Assembly (NCBI GenBank): GCA_016792805.1 | Contig: JAEUHX010000058.1 | Span: 76,228-140,227, forward strand | Length of the DNA: 64,000 nt | Reading direction: 5' to 3' | Origin: Planctomycetota bacterium | GTDB taxonomy: Bacteria > Planctomycetota > UBA1135 > JACQFD01 | Shown here: in pieces, positions 35,929-45,458 of the stretch | Layout: each line of letters opens with the position of its first letter | Numbering within the stretch: the first letter of the stretch is position 1 | Notes under the pieces: generated by a model | Seen by the model: only the letters and a program-made list of their open reading frames with translations | Databases searched by the model: none | What the model was told of the DNA's origin: nothing | Program-made: the position numbers and the translations under genes

Positions 35929-36912
35929 TCACCTCACCTTTGCCATCCACGCCCGCAACGCCGCGAGGTACTCGATGGGCCGGTCATAATTGGCAACGTG
36001 GGCCGCGCCGGCGATCACCACACATTCCGAGTTCGGCGTCAGCGCCGCATAGCCGCGCGTCGACTCCGGCGTCGCTTCATCGTGTTCACCACAGATGTAG
36101 AGTACAGGCACGCCGAGGTTGGCGAGCCGCGGCGTGACGTCGACAGACTTGAGCGACCCCGTGACCGTAAACTCCGTCGGCCCATTCATAGTACTGTACA
36201 CTTCCTTGCCGAGGCCAGCGAAGGCGCGGTTGAGTGCATCTGGCCACGGCTCGCTCCGACAAATGTGACGCTTATAGAAAGCCTCGGTCGCGTCGAGGTA
36301 CGCCTTCGAGTCGGTCTGCCCCGTACGCTCGCCTTCGAGAATCGCGCTCGCCACAGGCTCGGGCAGGGCCGCGATCAGCCGGCGCGAATCGTCGTGCCAT
36401 CGCGGGATCGAGAGCGCAGGACCGGCAAGGATGACGCCGCGAATGCCCGACGAAGGCGCGCCGGCCATTCCCGTGATGGAGTCGACGGCCAGGATCGTCC
36501 CCCACGAATGGCCACAGAGAATGACCTCGTCGAGCCCCAGCGCGCGACGAACCATGTCGACCTCGCGGGCGAAGCGTTCGCGCGTCCAGAGCTTCGGATC
36601 CTCGGGGCGGTCCGACTTGCCGCAGCCAAGCTGGTCGTAAAAAACCACAGGGCGCTCGTCGCCTAGGAGCGCGAGATTCTCGAGGTCGTCGTGCGGGACG
36701 CCTGGGCCACCGTGGAGGACCAAGAGCGGCGTGCGGGTGCCGGTGCCGTGAATCCAGTACGCGACTTTTCCTCCTTCAACTGTGACATATCCTGTCGCGG
36801 GCTTCGCGAGAACAGCGCGCGCGGACGGGCTCACCGTCGACGCACAGCCAACGACGGCGGCGGCCAAAGATATCGATGCGAAGGCGTTACAGATCGAGCG
36901 CTTGCGGGTCAT
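35929..36912 (-). CDS. Alpha/beta hydrolase lipoprotein, proline iminopeptidase (S33)-like
   Basis: Internal ATG at 36912 (MTRKRSICNAFASISLAAAVVGC, with a lipobox). LVLHGGPGVPH, and the nucleophile elbow GHSWGT. Confidence 0.85.
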   Translation of the reverse strand: MTRKRSICNAFASISLAAAVVGCASTVSPSARAVLAKPATGYVTVEGGKVAYWIHGTGTRTPLLVLHGGPGVPHDDLENLALLGDERPVVFYDQLGCGKSDRPEDPKLWTRERFAREVDMVRRALGLDEVILCGHSWGTILAVDSITGMAGAPSSGIRGVILAGPALSIPRWHDDSRRLIAALPEPVASAILEGERTGQTDSKAYLDATEAFYKRHICRSEPWPDALNRAFAGLGKEVYSTMNGPTEFTVTGSLKSVDVTPRLANLGVPVLYICGEHDEATPESTRGYAALTPNSECVVIAGAAHVANYDRPIEYLAALRAWMAKVR

Positions 36913-37269
36913 GGGCGAGCTCTTGGGGGGACGCGATCGAGCCAGAGGATACCCGCCCTGGCCCAGAGAGTCTGCTTCGTTGGTGTCCTCGACTCGAGAT
37001 GGACGGCATGCACACACAAATCCGATCCAATCGCAAGCATCGGGATCTGAACACTCCGCCATCTCAAATCCCATCGCCATGCATCCGTAGCGGCTCGCTC
37101 GGTTTCAACGTGACGAAGCCTCATGAAGCGATCCGTCCGCGCGACGTGCCCCAGGCCGAGCCCCCACGCGCCGCAGAGGAAGCATGTAATTCGCCGACAT
37201 GTCGCCGCATGGAGCAGGAGTCCAGGCAGCGGCGGATGCCCGCTGCCTCAATCCCCTCGGAGGACCCTC

Positions 37270-39249
37270 ATGGATCGCCTTCACATCTTTGGCGCCGGCA
37301 TGGTTGTATCGCTGGCGCTCCTTCCTGCGGGACTCGCAGCGCAAACCACGTTCACGCCGTCCACATATGTGAGTTCGACGCAATGTAACTCCGTGACGTT
37401 TGGAGACCTCGGAGGCGGCCCGCTTCCAGAAATGGTGAACACCAATCTGCTCAGCCCTCGAGTGAACTTCTGGCCGAATCTCTCGGGATGTCAATTCAAC
37501 CCGGAGACTCCCATCCCGATGTCTGATCCTCGGGACGCGATCGTCGTGGATGTCAATCAAGACGGCTTGAACGACATCGTCGTAGCGCAAGGGACGCTCA
37601 ACCGCGCCACGGTGCTGACTGCTCCATCGTTTGCGGCCACGCCGTACACGACAACGGGGACGGCTCTTCAAGTGCTCGCGCGCGATTTCGACCTCGACGG
37701 CGATCCCGACCTCGCGGTGCTGAGCACAAATGGCGCGACCGGCACCATGATCGATCTCTTCAAGAATGCTGGGGGACTCTTCACTTCGGACCCATCGGTA
37801 ACCCTCGTGGGCTTGCCGCTTCCGTACCGCTTCGCCTCGGGCTCGATGGATCGTGGCAATTGGGGAACAGCGCTTCCCGACCTGGTCGTCACTCGCGCCG
37901 ACAGCACGGCTACAGTTCTTCTGAATACAACACCTTTTCCAGGCGCGGCGATCGCATTCACTGCGGCTCTCCCGATTCCGGTTGGTCTTGATCCGAAGGG
38001 AGTGGCCGTCGGCGACTATGACGGGGACGGCTACGACGATGCCGTCACCGCGAATGCCACAAGCAACACCATCTCGCTGCTCACCAATTCTGGCCCAGGT
38101 GGTTCATACACCTTGTCCGTGACGGCGACAACGGCCGTCATCGCGCTGCAGCCGTCATCGGTCGCCTCCGGCGACCTCGACTGCGACGGTGACCTCGACC
38201 TCGCCGTGACATGCTCCCAGAGCACGCAAGTCGTCTGCCTGTGGAACGAATTTGTGAGCGGCACCGTTTTCTCGTCGGGCGGCGGGGCACAAATGGCGAT
38301 GCTGAGCGGCCAGATTCCCGTCGACGTCGAGATGGCGGATGTGAATGGCGACGGTTCGCTCGACCTGGGTGTCGCAAGCCTGAACGGCAGCATGTACCTC
38401 ACCGTTTATTGCAATAACATGGTGGTCGGACACTGCTGCCATCACATGAACGGAGGAATCAACGATGCCTACGACAACTCGAGCGCGCCGGTACCCGAGC
38501 ATGCCTGCCCGCGAGCCGATCTGGAGAACTACATCACGTCGCTTGGCGCGCCGCTTCGGGATTTCGACGAGGACGGGTGCAACAAGCACTTTGGTTACTC
38601 ATTCGAGAACCTCCCCGAGCATATCGTCTCCGCGGAGCTTACAGTTCGACTGAAGGCCGCATGCACCAACGTGAATGACGGATTCGCTCTCGACTTCGCG
38701 GGAACCACGTTCACCTATCATTCCTTCCTATCCGTCTTCACGCCTCCCAGCTCCACGGATGCCACTTTTACGATCGACCTCGCGAACATGCCTGGCGGTG
38801 GCAACCTCCTTCCGCGGCTCAATAAAACGCGTACGCTCGATGTCTTCATTCAGGACGACACCGTCGTCGACTATTTATTCCTTCACATCGAGTCGTGCTG
38901 CCCCTTCGCTGAGCAAAAGATCGACTACTCGCACACGCCCTTCATTCAGGGCCAGACGACGACGTTCACCATTTCGAACGCGCCCGTCGGCTCCGTGACC
39001 GCCATCCTCGTGGGCGACGAACTCGGCTGCGCAATGCTGCCTCAGGAGTACGCCGGCCTGTGCCTGACGGGTGGCCTTTCAAACCTCGGGCTCCTTACGA
39101 CGGATGGCACCGGCACGGCGACGTTCTCGGTGCCGATTCCCCTTGCGTCCTTCCCGCATTGCTTCGTTGTACATACACAAGCAATCGCCCTCGACTTCAT
39201 TACAGGCAAAGTTCTGTGGTCGTGTACGGAGACGGACCAAGTCTACTAA
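37270..39249 (+). CDS. Secreted FG-GAP/VCBS-repeat protein
   Basis: ATG at 37270 (MDRLHIFGAGMVVSLALLPAGLAAQ). Repeats: VDVNQDGLNDIVVAQ, DFDLDGDPDLAVLS, GDYDGDGYDDAVTAN, GDLDCDGDLDLAVT, ADVNGDGSLDLGVAS. Confidence 0.85.
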   Translation: MDRLHIFGAGMVVSLALLPAGLAAQTTFTPSTYVSSTQCNSVTFGDLGGGPLPEMVNTNLLSPRVNFWPNLSGCQFNPETPIPMSDPRDAIVVDVNQDGLNDIVVAQGTLNRATVLTAPSFAATPYTTTGTALQVLARDFDLDGDPDLAVLSTNGATGTMIDLFKNAGGLFTSDPSVTLVGLPLPYRFASGSMDRGNWGTALPDLVVTRADSTATVLLNTTPFPGAAIAFTAALPIPVGLDPKGVAVGDYDGDGYDDAVTANATSNTISLLTNSGPGGSYTLSVTATTAVIALQPSSVASGDLDCDGDLDLAVTCSQSTQVVCLWNEFVSGTVFSSGGGAQMAMLSGQIPVDVEMADVNGDGSLDLGVASLNGSMYLTVYCNNMVVGHCCHHMNGGINDAYDNSSAPVPEHACPRADLENYITSLGAPLRDFDEDGCNKHFGYSFENLPEHIVSAELTVRLKAACTNVNDGFALDFAGTTFTYHSFLSVFTPPSSTDATFTIDLANMPGGGNLLPRLNKTRTLDVFIQDDTVVDYLFLHIESCCPFAEQKIDYSHTPFIQGQTTTFTISNAPVGSVTAILVGDELGCAMLPQEYAGLCLTGGLSNLGLLTTDGTGTATFSVPIPLASFPHCFVVHTQAIALDFITGKVLWSCTETDQVY

Positions 39250-39277
39250 AATGGCGTCGAGCCGAGGAGTGAATCGA

Positions 39278-39309
39278 GCGGCGGCGCGTGCCTCGGCGCG
39301 CGCCGCCGC
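39278..39309 (+). terminator. GC-rich hairpin after the FG-GAP gene
   Basis: gcggcggcgcg-(10 nt)-cgcgccgccgc, an 11-bp stem. There is no U-tract. Confidence 0.3.
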
Positions 39310-39492
39310 GATAACCGGCTGGAGCGTGTAGCTTCCATGGCCACAAATGGGAACTGGAAGCACGAGTCGAGGCCGCTGAGGCTCGGCGCCCCGGATCAGC
39401 AAGAGTCATCCGAGCTGCTGCAAAAGTGCAATCCGATCCGGTCCGCTGTCCACAGTTGGCTTCCAGCGTTCCATGTCCGGATTTTCTGGCGG

Positions 39493-40857
39493 CTATCGAC
39501 CCCCGATGTAGCCGATCGACTGCAATCGCTCGGCGTCACCGATCCCAAGCTCCACGATACGGCCTTCCCTCACCGTCATCGTGTTCTTGGCGCGCTGCAT
39601 GTCGGCGCGGATGGCCTCGACGATCCCTGGAAACTCGCGTGCGAGATTTGTGCGCTGCGTGGGGTCAGCAGATCGATCGAAGAGCATGGCGGGCTCCGCG
39701 TCGCTCTCGGACTCGATGAAGTGCCAGCGCAGATCGGTCCAAGACCCCTTTGCGTACCCGTAAGCGATGGAGCCGCCGAGTTGGCCGCGTGGCTCCAGTC
39801 GCTGGCCCCGAATTGCGGGGAGAAGCGAGCGGCCGTCCATCTCCTGGGGAACGGGTCGCCCGACGAGATCGAGGATCGTCGGAGCGATGTCCACGAGGCT
39901 CACGGGATCGGAGATGCGACTCGCAGGGATTCCCGCTCCGACGAGCACGAGCGGGACCCTCAATAGTTCGGCGAAAAGTGTGTGGCCGTGACCAATCCCC
40001 TGGAGCCCGCGCGGGTCGAAGCGCGGAACGTCGGCGTGGTCGAGGATCTCCTCGCCGTGGTCCGACGTGATGACGAGAATGGTTGGGCGTCGGTTGGCGC
40101 TTTCGGCGGCGGCGCGAGCGATCTTTCCGATCTGTCGGTCGACGTAGTGGATCGAGCCGTCGTAAGCGTGAAGGCGCTCTCTTCGGAATCGCTCCCGATC
40201 CGGAAAGGCCGAGGAGTCGAGCGTGCGGGCCCAGAACTCAGGAATCCGTCGAGGTTCGTGTTCTCTGGAGACGGCCATGAGGTCCTCGTCGGGAGCGAGG
40301 ATCGGGTCGTGGCACTCCATGAAGTGCGCGTAGAGGAAGCGCGGCACGTCGGAGTGCGACCGCAGGCGGCTTGTCGTGAAGTCCGCGACGTCGGATCCGT
40401 CCTCCACTCGGATGACTCTCTCCCGGAACGAGGAGAGGAGGTCTCGAACGTACGGATTCGTCACGAAGGCGTCGCATTGGTACCCAAGCGCTTGGAGTCG
40501 CTCGGCGAGCGTCTGGACTCCCGCCGCGAGGCCGGTCGGAGTCGTCGTGTCGAGGTGGGTGGGCGACTTGCCGAGTTTCCCGGCTCCATGCGAGATCGGG
40601 TGAAGCCCGGTGAGGATGCTGGCGACGCTCGGAACCGTCCACGGGGCGGGACTCCAGGCGTCGGTGAAGATCGCACCCTCGTTCGCGAGCGCTTCCAGGT
40701 TGGGGGACGTGGGGATCGTGCACCCATAGGCGCTCAGCCGGTCGACACGAAGGGTGTCGATCACTACCAGGACGACGTTCGGCGTCCTCGAAGCTGCGGG
40801 CGTGCACGCCCCAACGAGGAGGAGGGCTGCGAAGCTGGTGAGAAGCCGGAAGAACAT
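39493..40857 (-). CDS. Sulfatase-fold (alkaline phosphatase superfamily) enzyme with Thr in the nucleophile position
   Basis: Signal peptide or lipobox (LLLVGAC). VVLVVIDTLRVDRL. The motif TVPSVASILTG (40606-40638) aligns with the sulfatase signature CTPSRASLLTG. Confidence 0.85.
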   Translation of the reverse strand: MFFRLLTSFAALLLVGACTPAASRTPNVVLVVIDTLRVDRLSAYGCTIPTSPNLEALANEGAIFTDAWSPAPWTVPSVASILTGLHPISHGAGKLGKSPTHLDTTTPTGLAAGVQTLAERLQALGYQCDAFVTNPYVRDLLSSFRERVIRVEDGSDVADFTTSRLRSHSDVPRFLYAHFMECHDPILAPDEDLMAVSREHEPRRIPEFWARTLDSSAFPDRERFRRERLHAYDGSIHYVDRQIGKIARAAAESANRRPTILVITSDHGEEILDHADVPRFDPRGLQGIGHGHTLFAELLRVPLVLVGAGIPASRISDPVSLVDIAPTILDLVGRPVPQEMDGRSLLPAIRGQRLEPRGQLGGSIAYGYAKGSWTDLRWHFIESESDAEPAMLFDRSADPTQRTNLAREFPGIVEAIRADMQRAKNTMTVREGRIVELGIGDAERLQSIGYIGGR

Positions 40858-41309
40858 GCGCGATCGCGTCGACGACCCATTGGGGCTGCGCTGTACCTAC
40901 CTCTAACCGCGCCCCGCGGTTCGTGGCATCTCGCAAATTTCCCGGGAGCTACCGCGGTCGGCCTCGAAGGCGCGCTCCCCCGGTGTCAGGGTCGATGCCG
41001 CCTGCGACCCCGCAGCGCCGCGATAGGCACAAGCCGATCTCGGAGATGCAGTTTGGATAACTCTTGCTACGAGCTCTTCAGGCCATTCGAGCACCTGCTC
41101 GTGGATCGGGACACGGGCTCCCGACTCGCCGACGATGTGCAGCATGCCAAAACTCAGGAGAACGATCGGCGCTCTTCGCTCGACGAGGAGCGAAGCCATG
41201 CACATAAATGGCACGCTTTTCTTATAGAATGCCGCGACCATCTGGAGCGGTTGGCGGAGCACTCGCTGAACCACGCGTCACGCGAATGATGAACTACGCC
41301 CCGTGTCCA

Positions 41310-44060
41310 TCACGGCAGGATCTGAACTCGAAGCCCACGCGAGGAGACCAGATCGGCAATCGCGTCGCTGCAGGTCAGGGCCGGAGGCTCAATGAACATT
41401 GACTGTGCGTAGTAGATGGCACCGATGAGAGCCGGGCTGTTGGGAATCGGAGTAGACACATATCCACATCCGGCCGCATCTGTTCTGATGTCAAGATCGA
41501 TGATCTCCGCCGATGCGAACAGATCAACGTGAAGCAATAGCTGGATACCAAGGGAATCGGAACCGGGAATATCGCCGCCGCTCGCGACAACGCATAACCC
41601 AAGCGATTCACTCGGTGCATTCGTACACACAAAGCCGAATGCAGTGCTTCCCAAGTGAGGAACAGCGCTCGCATTCATGCCGAGAGTTCCCATGCATCCC
41701 GGCGTACCACTGCCGTAGCGCAGGAGACCTGGCGAATAGTCGAGCTGATTGCGCAGCACAGAGACGCTGCTCTCACCTCCGCTCGTGGCCGCCAGATCGG
41801 GTCTTCCATCGGCATCGAAGTCCGCGAGGGCAAGTGACTGCACGTCACTGCCGACGGGAAAGTGAACAAAGGGAGCGAAGGTCCCCTGCGGGTCACGGAC
41901 GAGAACAGCAACTGCGCTGACGACCGATCCCACTCCCACTGCGACGATGTCGGGCCAACCATCGGAGTTCACGTCCCCGATCTCGGAGTCTCTTGGATTG
42001 AGCCCCAATGGGAAATTGTTCGGCGCTCCGAATGTACCGGCTCCATTGCCGAGGAGCACTGAAGCGGCCTCCCCGGAGGATTGCGCAACTGTGAGATCAC
42101 GATTCCCATCGCCGTTCATGTCGCCGATTGACACAGATCGCGGCGAAAGCGGCGTACCATAGGCGGTCGCAGGAGAAAACCCACCAGCCCCATTGCCAAG
42201 GAGAACTGAAACAGAAGAGCCGAGGGAATCCGCAGTTGCGATATCCGCTTTTGTGTCATTGTTGACATCACTGATATCAATGGAAACGGGCAATAGGCCA
42301 ACCGCATAGCTGGTTGCGGGGCTGAATCCCCCCACTCCGTCGGCAAGCAGCACGACGACCGATCCCGGCGGCCTCACAGTCGCTGCCAGATCGGCCTCTC
42401 CGTCATTGCTCAGATCCGCCATAGCGACATCGGTCGCGTCGCCAACTGCCAGAATTGAGGAGGATCCAAAGCCTCCCAGCCCGTCGCCGATGCGTATCGA
42501 AATGCCGTCCGCACCGACAGAAACGAGATCAACCACCCCGTCGCCATTCAGATCGCCGAGCGCGGCGTTGACTGGACTGGTCGGCGCAGAGAGGTTCAGG
42601 GAGGCGCCGAAGTAGCTGTCTCCATTGCCCAAAAGAATAGAAATACTTGCAGAAAGGCTCGGAAGTCCCCGATTCGCCGTTACGAGATCGAGCGCGCCAT
42701 CTCCATTGAGGTCGGCAGTGGCAATCCCATCGGAGTTGATGCCGATTGGAAAACTAGGAACAGAAGCGAATCGGCTCTGGCCAATTCCTATCAGTATTGT
42801 TGCATCATTCGAGGCGCTGTTTGCAGTGATGCCGTCAGGACGGCCATCGCCGTTCAGATCCGCCAGGACCACCGACTCCGGAGAACTCCCTGTGGCGTAG
42901 CCGTTTGGTGTTCCAAATCCGCCGGCCCCATTGTTCGTAATCATCCATACATCGGATGCGAACGCGTCGGCCGCTGCCAAGTCTCGGTCGCCATCGCCAT
43001 CCAGATCCGCGATTGCAATCGATCGCGGCGCAAGGCCAATGGGAATCGACTGTGCACTCCCGAGCCCTCCTGCCCCGTTTCCAAACAGCACAGCCAACCC
43101 GATATGACTCTGTGGCCCGCCGCTGATCGCAACCGCGACGTCAAGATTGCCGTCTCCATTCAGCTCTCCGAGGGCGAGACCTTGGGGATAGAGACCCGCC
43201 GCGAAGGTCGCTGGAGACGAGAAACCCCCGGTGCCGTTCCCAAGGAGGACCGCGACATGCCCCGTGATGAAGGCACCGATTCCTGCGACGAGATCCATGT
43301 TCCCGTCACTATTGAGGTTTCCAGCGGCCACCGAGCTGGGAGGAGCAGCGAGTGCAATGGAGAGGGCAGCGCCAAGTCCGCCGGCTCCATCGCCCAAGAG
43401 AATCGAAAGGTCGGACGAACTCATATTTGCCGTCACGACGTCCAGATCTCCGTCGCCGTCCAGATCGCTTCCCACAATTGCGACCGGTTCCAGTCCCACG
43501 GGAAACGTCGCCGAGGCACCCAGTCCGCCCGAGCCGTCGTTGCACAGTAATGAGACGTTATTTGAGCCTTGGTTGGCTGTTGCAACATCGAGCTTCCCAT
43601 CGCCGTCGAAATCGCCTAGCGCAATGGACCGAGGCGCGACGCCTGTGGGAAAGACCGTCATCGTTCCGAGACCGCCGAGACCATCTCCAAACAGTACCGA
43701 AACGTTATTTGAGCCTCGATTTGCTGCAACGACGTCGAGCTTGCCATCACCATTTAGATCTCCGGTTACTGCAGAGGTCGGCGCCTGTGCCAAGGCGAAG
43801 GCTGGAGCAGGAGTTGTGAAGGACGCTGCCTGACCGAAAGCCACAGAATCAACCATCACAATCGCGACAAGAGAGGCAATGATCTGCCATGGGGCGGCTG
43901 CGACACCGCTGCCACAATGAGAGGGCCGGTTCGCCTTCGGCGTCCGGACTGGGCAGTAGCTCTGCTCCACACGTCGATCCGTTACCGACTCCAGGCAGCC
44001 GAATGGAAGGGCTTGAGTCATGTGCGAGCGAGTAGGATCGAACCCAAGGATGGTGATCAT
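41310..44060 (-). CDS. Large secreted FG-GAP/VCBS-repeat protein (916 aa)
   Basis: GGAGG lies 7 nt upstream of the ATG at 44060. There are about 20 repeats of the type GDLNGDGKLDVVAAN...VSVLLGNG. Confidence 0.85.
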   Translation of the reverse strand: MITILGFDPTRSHMTQALPFGCLESVTDRRVEQSYCPVRTPKANRPSHCGSGVAAAPWQIIASLVAIVMVDSVAFGQAASFTTPAPAFALAQAPTSAVTGDLNGDGKLDVVAANRGSNNVSVLFGDGLGGLGTMTVFPTGVAPRSIALGDFDGDGKLDVATANQGSNNVSLLCNDGSGGLGASATFPVGLEPVAIVGSDLDGDGDLDVVTANMSSSDLSILLGDGAGGLGAALSIALAAPPSSVAAGNLNSDGNMDLVAGIGAFITGHVAVLLGNGTGGFSSPATFAAGLYPQGLALGELNGDGNLDVAVAISGGPQSHIGLAVLFGNGAGGLGSAQSIPIGLAPRSIAIADLDGDGDRDLAAADAFASDVWMITNNGAGGFGTPNGYATGSSPESVVLADLNGDGRPDGITANSASNDATILIGIGQSRFASVPSFPIGINSDGIATADLNGDGALDLVTANRGLPSLSASISILLGNGDSYFGASLNLSAPTSPVNAALGDLNGDGVVDLVSVGADGISIRIGDGLGGFGSSSILAVGDATDVAMADLSNDGEADLAATVRPPGSVVVLLADGVGGFSPATSYAVGLLPVSIDISDVNNDTKADIATADSLGSSVSVLLGNGAGGFSPATAYGTPLSPRSVSIGDMNGDGNRDLTVAQSSGEAASVLLGNGAGTFGAPNNFPLGLNPRDSEIGDVNSDGWPDIVAVGVGSVVSAVAVLVRDPQGTFAPFVHFPVGSDVQSLALADFDADGRPDLAATSGGESSVSVLRNQLDYSPGLLRYGSGTPGCMGTLGMNASAVPHLGSTAFGFVCTNAPSESLGLCVVASGGDIPGSDSLGIQLLLHVDLFASAEIIDLDIRTDAAGCGYVSTPIPNSPALIGAIYYAQSMFIEPPALTCSDAIADLVSSRGLRVQILP

Positions 44061-44494
44061 GGATTTGCCTCCGGGAGACCACCGCCGACGTCGTCAAACA
44101 ACGTGCCACCGATACCCCCGGACATTGCGTAGCTGCCGTTGCCAAATGTCAACCAAGCCGCGCACGGGGCTCTTTCGCGAACTCCTCGTCGGACCGCCTC
44201 GCCGTAACTTCCTACTGCGCCTTGCGCCGTCCTTCTCGACCTCACGAAAAACCCAGGCGCTCGCTCTGGGAAGCAACTCTGCCACGGGCTGCGAGCCCAC
44301 AGGCGCTTCCTTGGGTCCCAATATTGCGATATTGTTGCCAACGGAGCCTAGGGTGATTCGCAAAGCGACAGCCCGATGAGAAGTGTGGCCGGAGTGCGCC
44401 TCCGGGCTCAGGCTCGCGGAGGATGTCTGTAATTCGGCGGGGCGTCACCGAATGGACTGAGCGTCCAATCGGCGGCGGCCGGCCGTTCAGTCCA

Positions 44495-44600
44495 GAGCCC
44501 CCGCCCCCATGCTCGATGCTCAGGACGCGATCGTTGTGGATGTCAATCATGACGGCTTGAACGACATCGTCGCGGCGCAGGGCGCGCTCAACCGCCTCAG
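44495..44600 (+). pseudogene. Fragment of an FG-GAP gene, paralogous to 37515-37610
   Basis: By eye, about 85-90% nucleotide identity over about 75-90 nt (caggacgcgatcgttgtggatgtcaatcatgacggcttgaacgacatcgtcgcggcgcag against 37531 onward). It encodes DAIVVDVNHDGLNDIVAAQGALNR with no surrounding intact ORF. Confidence 0.55.
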
Positions 44601-44710
44601 CGTACCGAGCTCTCCGTCGAGACGAGCCACGGGCGGGAACGCGCGGCGGCGGAGGTCCTCGACCGCTTCGCGCAGTGGGGCGTCTGCGTCTCCCGTTCCA
44701 AGCGGCCCAC

Positions 44711-45036
44711 CTATTGGTGATAACGGTCAGCGATCGGCAGAATTTCGACGGCCGAGCCGCGATGTTGTCCAAGAGGCGCGCCCTCGTCCATCGGGGCTAT
44801 ACGAATCGACTCCTCGAGATCGAGAGCCTCAATCATCCAATGGTCTCCGACCATCTCCCTCGATTCAATAAAGGGCGGTCCGTCAACATCTGAGTTCCGA
44901 TCCGAATGCGAATTGTGGTCATCGCCGACTCGAGGCTCGCGTTCATCACGACCTGCCCCGTGCGGCGCACCTCCCCGTCCACCGGGCCGCACTTCGCCAC
45001 GAGCGCTCCGAACTCGGCCTTGGTCAGGGCCTCCAT
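44711..45036 (-). pseudogene. Frameshifted YCII/DGPF-domain gene
   Basis: The N-terminal part (MEALTKAEFGALVAKCGPVDGE...TTIRIRIG) is in the frame of ORF 44833..45036. The C-terminal part (VDGPPFIESREMVGDHWMIEALDLEESIRIA...SAVEILPI) is in the frame of ORF 44711..44992. The frame switch falls at about 44880-44900. Confidence 0.6.
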
Positions 45037-45384
45037 TTCTGTCTGTTCAGCTTCGGCGAGACGCAGCTACTTCACGGGATGAGCCGCAGGGATTGGGTGG
45101 GGAAACGCATCTGGTCCTGCGCTGGTGAACGCGATCGACATCGAGCTCCCAGCCCAAGGGGTCCTGCTCGCCGGAGTTCGCTCCCGGCGACCACCACCCC
45201 GTCCGGAGGCGAAGCCCTCGGGGAAACGACTGCACCGTCGCCTCCTGTTCCAAGCCGGACGATCTTCAAACTCGCTTCTCCGCTCGGCGGCCGCCGATGG
45301 GGGCGGCTCCCAACAAGACCCTTGCGCGGCAGCCCAATGCGAGCGATGGAAGGGTCCGCGCGCGACCCTGGAGAACGAGCCCCG

Positions 45385-45416
45385 CGCGCAGCTCGACTGA
45401 CTTTTGAAACGTTCTC
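45385..45416 (-). promoter_or_regulatory. Conserved 32-nt motif, copy 2
   Basis: The reverse complement reads gagaacgtttcaaaagtcagtcgagctgcgcg, 30/32 identical to 17017-17048. It lies about 350 nt upstream of the YCII pseudogene on the minus strand. Confidence 0.35.
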
Positions 45417-45458
45417 CACCGCCGCTCCCCCACGTCTCCCTCCCGTTCCAGGCGAATC

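Noticed and set aside
35761-35930. Distal att repeat of the tRNA-Gly island near the ParE / hydrolase junction.
   Set aside because: Only a 7-nt match (tgtcgag) and a gcccgc hexamer are shared with the tRNA 3' end, which is not distinguishable from chance. The right-hand island border therefore remains compositional only.
40903-41274. 123-aa minus-strand ORF between the large FG-GAP gene and the sulfatase-fold gene.
   Set aside because: Only the first 60 aa or so look protein-like. The rest is Arg/Ala-rich and runs into the sulfatase upstream region. There is no motif and no RBS. It may be a remnant, but I cannot support it.
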